Source of the DNA: Macrostomum lignano
Taxonomy: Eukaryota
DNA: 64,000 nucleotides
NCBI GenBank assembly: GCA_002269645.1
Contig: NIVC01000289.1
Coordinates: 1 to 64,000, forward strand
Direction: 5' to 3'
A program made the position numbers and the translations under genes. A model generated the notes under the pieces. The model was not told the DNA's origin, ran no database searches, and saw nothing but the letters and a program-made list of their open reading frames with translations. This document shows positions 59,681 to 64,000 of the stretch, piece after piece (positions within the stretch are counted from its first letter, which is position 1; every line of letters begins with the position of its first letter).

Positions 59681-62600
59681 ATAATACTACACACATTTCT
59701 TTAATTTAGCATGCACATAAAATGTTACTCTGTTGTGATGTAGGCGCGACTCCTGCCCCCCCCCCATGCACTAATTTTTGTGCACCCAGCTTCCTTTTTC
59801 CCTAAGCTGTGATTCCCGCGCCTCGGCGTGTACGTAAGTCCTTGTTTCGGCACTATACCTACATATATGCAGTAGACTGTCCTTGTACAGCTGTATGCCT
59901 CGCATACCTGAGTCCCTTAATCGGCTATTTCTAATACACAGGGGTCAAGAACCTTCGTCTTTTACAGACCGGGAGTCCCGTCTCGTTAAGTGGGAGTTTT
60001 TAACGGGTGTACTCCTGCACAGGTGACTGCATATGGCCCGAGTCGGCCACGCCTGTGGAATGCATCTGTATCCCTTTAAACACCCCGGGCGGGCCCGCTG
60101 TCTAGATAAAGGGATCTTGGCCTCAACGTATATAGCTACCGCACCATCCAGAGGCGGACAAAGTCTAAAGGGACGAGACCATGGTAGCTGTACCTGAATG
60201 CAGCGCCAGAGCCCAGGGGTGGCACAGATGTTTTCATGCTGCCGCACGGGTTAAGTTAATTTTACGCCGGATGTATTTTATTACGTACAGCTGCATATAG
60301 TTGTGTAGCTACGAGTATATAGAAACTTCGAAAAGAAAGAATTGAGGATTGAATTCACATACATGTACCATATGGTTTACTGAGTCTCTAAAATTAATTG
60401 TTAACTATTCATTTACATGTGCATGTATACAGTATACATGTACTACATAGCGATAATTATAGCGATGCGATAACAACAATATATATATATATTCCTGTCC
60501 GGCTCTCCAGCCTATTTCTAAAAAATTGACCGTAGTGCCCTTCTACTTTAGTTTTCCAGTGGCGTGAAAACGAGAGCGTCCCAGCGACAGATCTGCGCGC
60601 TTTGTAAAATATGTACACATTGTTCATTGTATTAGAGAGCAGAATTGGCTTAGCGTGGGTTGTGGGACGATCTTGCCAAAAACGTTGCATTAGGATGCCG
60701 ACAGCGCTTGAGTCATATTATTAATTTTATAAAAGCGATTGTATTTGAAGCTGCTTACGTATTTGAAGCCAATTTTGAGTGGTCATAAAATCGTTGTATA
60801 GATTTTTCGTTACTTGTGCATTGCTTGTGCGATTCATTAGTTTATTTATCTTTTGTGTGAATAAGCTGTATATCAATGCCTTTAAAAACAAAATGAAACA
60901 TTAACTCCACGCAATATCGTAAATTTTTGTTAAAACAGATAGCGTTGACCGATTGAAAATAGCACTTTTTTAAGCAAGACGTGGAGGTTGCCAGCATTCT
61001 ATACATAATTGATCTTGAAATATAGTTAATAAAAGCCATTGAACTTTGCGTCATTGATTAAAGCGTCAAGAAACTTTGAGGTTCTCAACACCATTTAAAC
61101 ATTTAATAATGTGGCTATTCTATTTGTAATACTTTATTTGTTACTATAGTTTTGTATTTCTTTTTGACTATTTTATTCTGCAATTTAGTTTAAAAAAATA
61201 GTGCATTAGTTAAGACGAATTTTGTACTCACTGCTTACATTTCGAGGACAAATAATATTAAAGTAAAGTTTACTGCTTCTGTATCTAAATTTCAAGCATA
61301 TCTAATACAAAAGATTGGTTAGAATGCAAATAAAAGTTTATTAGCCTAATATAAATAAAATAGGCCTAAATATTATATTGTATTGACTCTGTTAGTCTCT
61401 GTACTTTTGAAATTTTGTTTAGTCTTAAAACTCAGTTAAAGCTCAAATTTCTTTAAATTTAAAAAAAATACAATAGCCCTTGGCCTTGGCCTTTATTTTG
61501 GATGTCATTGTTTTGTAAACTTGTCTTTTTTGTAAAAAAGATGACATTTTGTTTTATCCTAATGTGAATTTTTAAGCTAGATATATTTATAAAAGTTTTT
61601 TCTTTCATTCTAGTTTATTTTGATTTTTATTCGTCACATTTTTCATATTTTCATATTTTAATTTAAATGATAATATCTATATAAATTAACATTCAATGAT
61701 TCAAGTAGAAAGTTAGCTGTTTATTGATATTTATTGTTTTTATATTATCATTTTTGACTAGTCTATGCCATGGTTGGAAAGATGGCAAAAACAATCTAAC
61801 AATCTATCTTATGCTTCTAAGCCTATACTCTTTATATATTTTTTCATTAGGCCCCTTAATAGAATTATTTTATAAATTTTTATAAAATATCTAAATAGCT
61901 TTTGTTTATAAATTATGAAACATTTAAGAATTTAAATTATATGGTAATCAGAAAGAAGGTATGTATGCTAGAAATTTCTAGAGTACATTAAAGAAATTTG
62001 CCATATGTATTGATATACAAAAAAGTCATTTGGGTTTTTGGTATAAAATATATCCTTAAAAATATATTATTACTAATAGTCACAATAGTTTTTGACATAT
62101 ATATATATAATTGTAAAATTTGATAGCCCCTTTATCTGAAACTGACTACCCTATTGTTTACAAGGTAAAGTTTTGAAATTTCAACAAAAATGTCCAAATT
62201 CTACTTTTGTTCTTTATATATATTAAATGTTATACAAATATAACTAATACTTTTAGTCTTAACTTTGTCTAATTGAAATTAAATATAAAATCACTAGTCT
62301 AGTCTTAATGTTTAAAAATTGACAATTTATAACTTTGTATAAAATAATAGATTAGGCATTAGAGGTTAGACACTATAGTCTTATTGATGCACCTACTATG
62401 CAGGAACATTTTTTGGTTGCTAAGCAAGTTGCACATGGCGGGCTGCCAGTAATTATGCTTTACATGTGGGCCCATAAGGCCTTGCAACAATAATAGACCT
62501 TTTTGCACCTGCAATAATAAAGGACCTTTTTTATTACAACAATTATATATATTACACAATGAATTTTTTAATTGATATGAAAAAACAAGACTAGGACTAA

Positions 62601-63399
62601 CATTAAAAAACAATAACCAAATTTTGTAATGCCACCAATGTAATTAATACATGAAAAAAAATTGAAAATGTTTGCTATAAATAAACATTTCCTATAAATG
62701 TTTATAACATTTAGTATGTATGCAGCGAAACTCTAACAAAAGTAAACAGTTTTACAAAACAAAAAAAATGTATTTGTTACATAAAAAAATACAAAAATTG
62801 TTGAAACATATATAGGAAAATATTAATTTTTTTAGGAAAAAAAGCATATTTATATTAACAAGACCATTAATTCAGTCTAATAAATGTTCAATTTGGTCCT
62901 AATAAGCTACACTATTGACTGTCTTGAATCCACTACACATAGCATGCCAATGCATTATTCAAGGCCCCTTTGCATGAGAATTTTTACCAAAAAAGGCTTT
63001 TATAAGACAGGGTTAGACAATATCAAATTGTTGAGATTTTCAAGACTTGAGATCTTTTGAGATGATTGAGATTCTATATCAAGATTCAAGATAAGCCTAA
63101 TTTGTATATAGTAGTTGAAGCGGCTCACGTGCGGCAAGATGAAGACCACTTGTCTTTTAATAAAGTGCTGCGGCTGGGCCTTTTATGGCTCAAGTTTATT
63201 TGGGCCATAGACAGTTTGAGCAACAGTGGCTGGCTCTGTCAAAAGTACATGTGTCTGCTACACAACTCCTCCCAGAGCCAGACAATGTTGCTCTTGCATT
63301 GTGCTTGTCGGGAGCTTAGCTGCTGTGGCAAACGGCTGGGTCGGCAGCGATTACTTTGTCACTAACGCAATGGAAACAACTGGGTTGGAAAAGGGTCAA

Positions 63400-64000
63400 C
63401 AGCAGTGGATGACCGGGTTGGGGCATCTAAATTGGTAATGTGAAACTGTTAGTAGCACAGAAATCAAAAGCGTGCAGAGTATTTGGCTGGCTTGATGGCA
63501 GGTGTTCAGGGACTGTCCAAAAGTGTGAGCACTTTGCTGTTGATAGATCAAGCTGCGGGCTGGTGGCGTTGTCGAACAGTTGAGGTCATAGGCACTAGCA
63601 TCCTCGAGGCCAAGGGCAGCGGCAGCAGTAGATGGTTGTGCTGATAATGATGTTGCTGGTATGTATGCCATTGTGGTGGTGATCCATTGGTAGCATGGTA
63701 GGGCCTGCAGCGCAGAAAAGTGCATCGATGCTTTGTCCGACATGTCCGCCTGTGCTGCTGGGACAAGGCATTGCCAAGGTGAGCTGCATTGATGTCATAG
63801 TGTCGTGTGGAGCATTGCAAGCAAACTTTGGCAGGCAAGAGCCCCTTACCTGGAGTGCACTGCTCATCTACTGCATAACCGCAATGACCAGGAATCAGTC
63901 ATGGTCACTTAGATGCGGCTCTAGTCAGAAGCACTGAGCCGGATGTAGGGATCGAGGTGGCCGATGGCTTTGGCTGGACTCGGAAAACCTGGTGGCCGAA
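63400..64000 (-). mobile_element. Possible decayed non-LTR retrotransposon (RTE-like RT C-terminal region)
   Basis: Fragmented minus-strand frames STRHYDINAAHLGNA, ALFCAAGPTML, AALGL and PPARSLIYQQ...HTFGQSL...ASQIL loosely follow the post-RT consensus of RTE-type LINEs. Many lesions. Confidence 0.35.

Noticed and set aside
60457-61054. Short minus-strand ORFs as a gene
   Set aside because: No recognisable motif and no consistent splice chain found.

Overview
Eukaryotic, intron-containing animal genomic DNA. Short introns, Q/S/A-rich proteins and minisatellite-filled introns suggest a free-living flatworm such as Macrostomum (inference only). Four genes have well-supported spliced models, all on the + strand: TYW3 (13.7-17.2 kb), a CAMSAP/Patronin homologue (22.5-30.2 kb) and two tandem PIAS-family SUMO E3 ligase paralogues (40.8-45.9 kb and 49.9-53.3 kb). 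I see no SAP domain in either paralogue. They share PINIT/SP-RING/SIM exons but have unrelated first exons: Q/H-rich in one, two C2H2/BED-like zinc fingers in the other. The window also holds a small secreted PAN-like gene, a PAN/LamG-like pseudogene and weaker orphan exon chains. Mobile DNA comprises a disrupted tyrosine-recombinase (DIRS-order) retrotransposon at the left edge, a decayed mariner, several MITE families with clear TSDs (one nested pair, one 45-bp miniature), tRNA-headed SINEs, a probable solo LTR, a possible LINE remnant and more than ten distinct mini/microsatellites. The leads most worth checking are the zinc-finger-PINIT-SP-RING architecture and a hammerhead-like fold at 7.02-7.09 kb. 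All exon models and alignments were made by eye; repeat boundaries and copy numbers are approximate.
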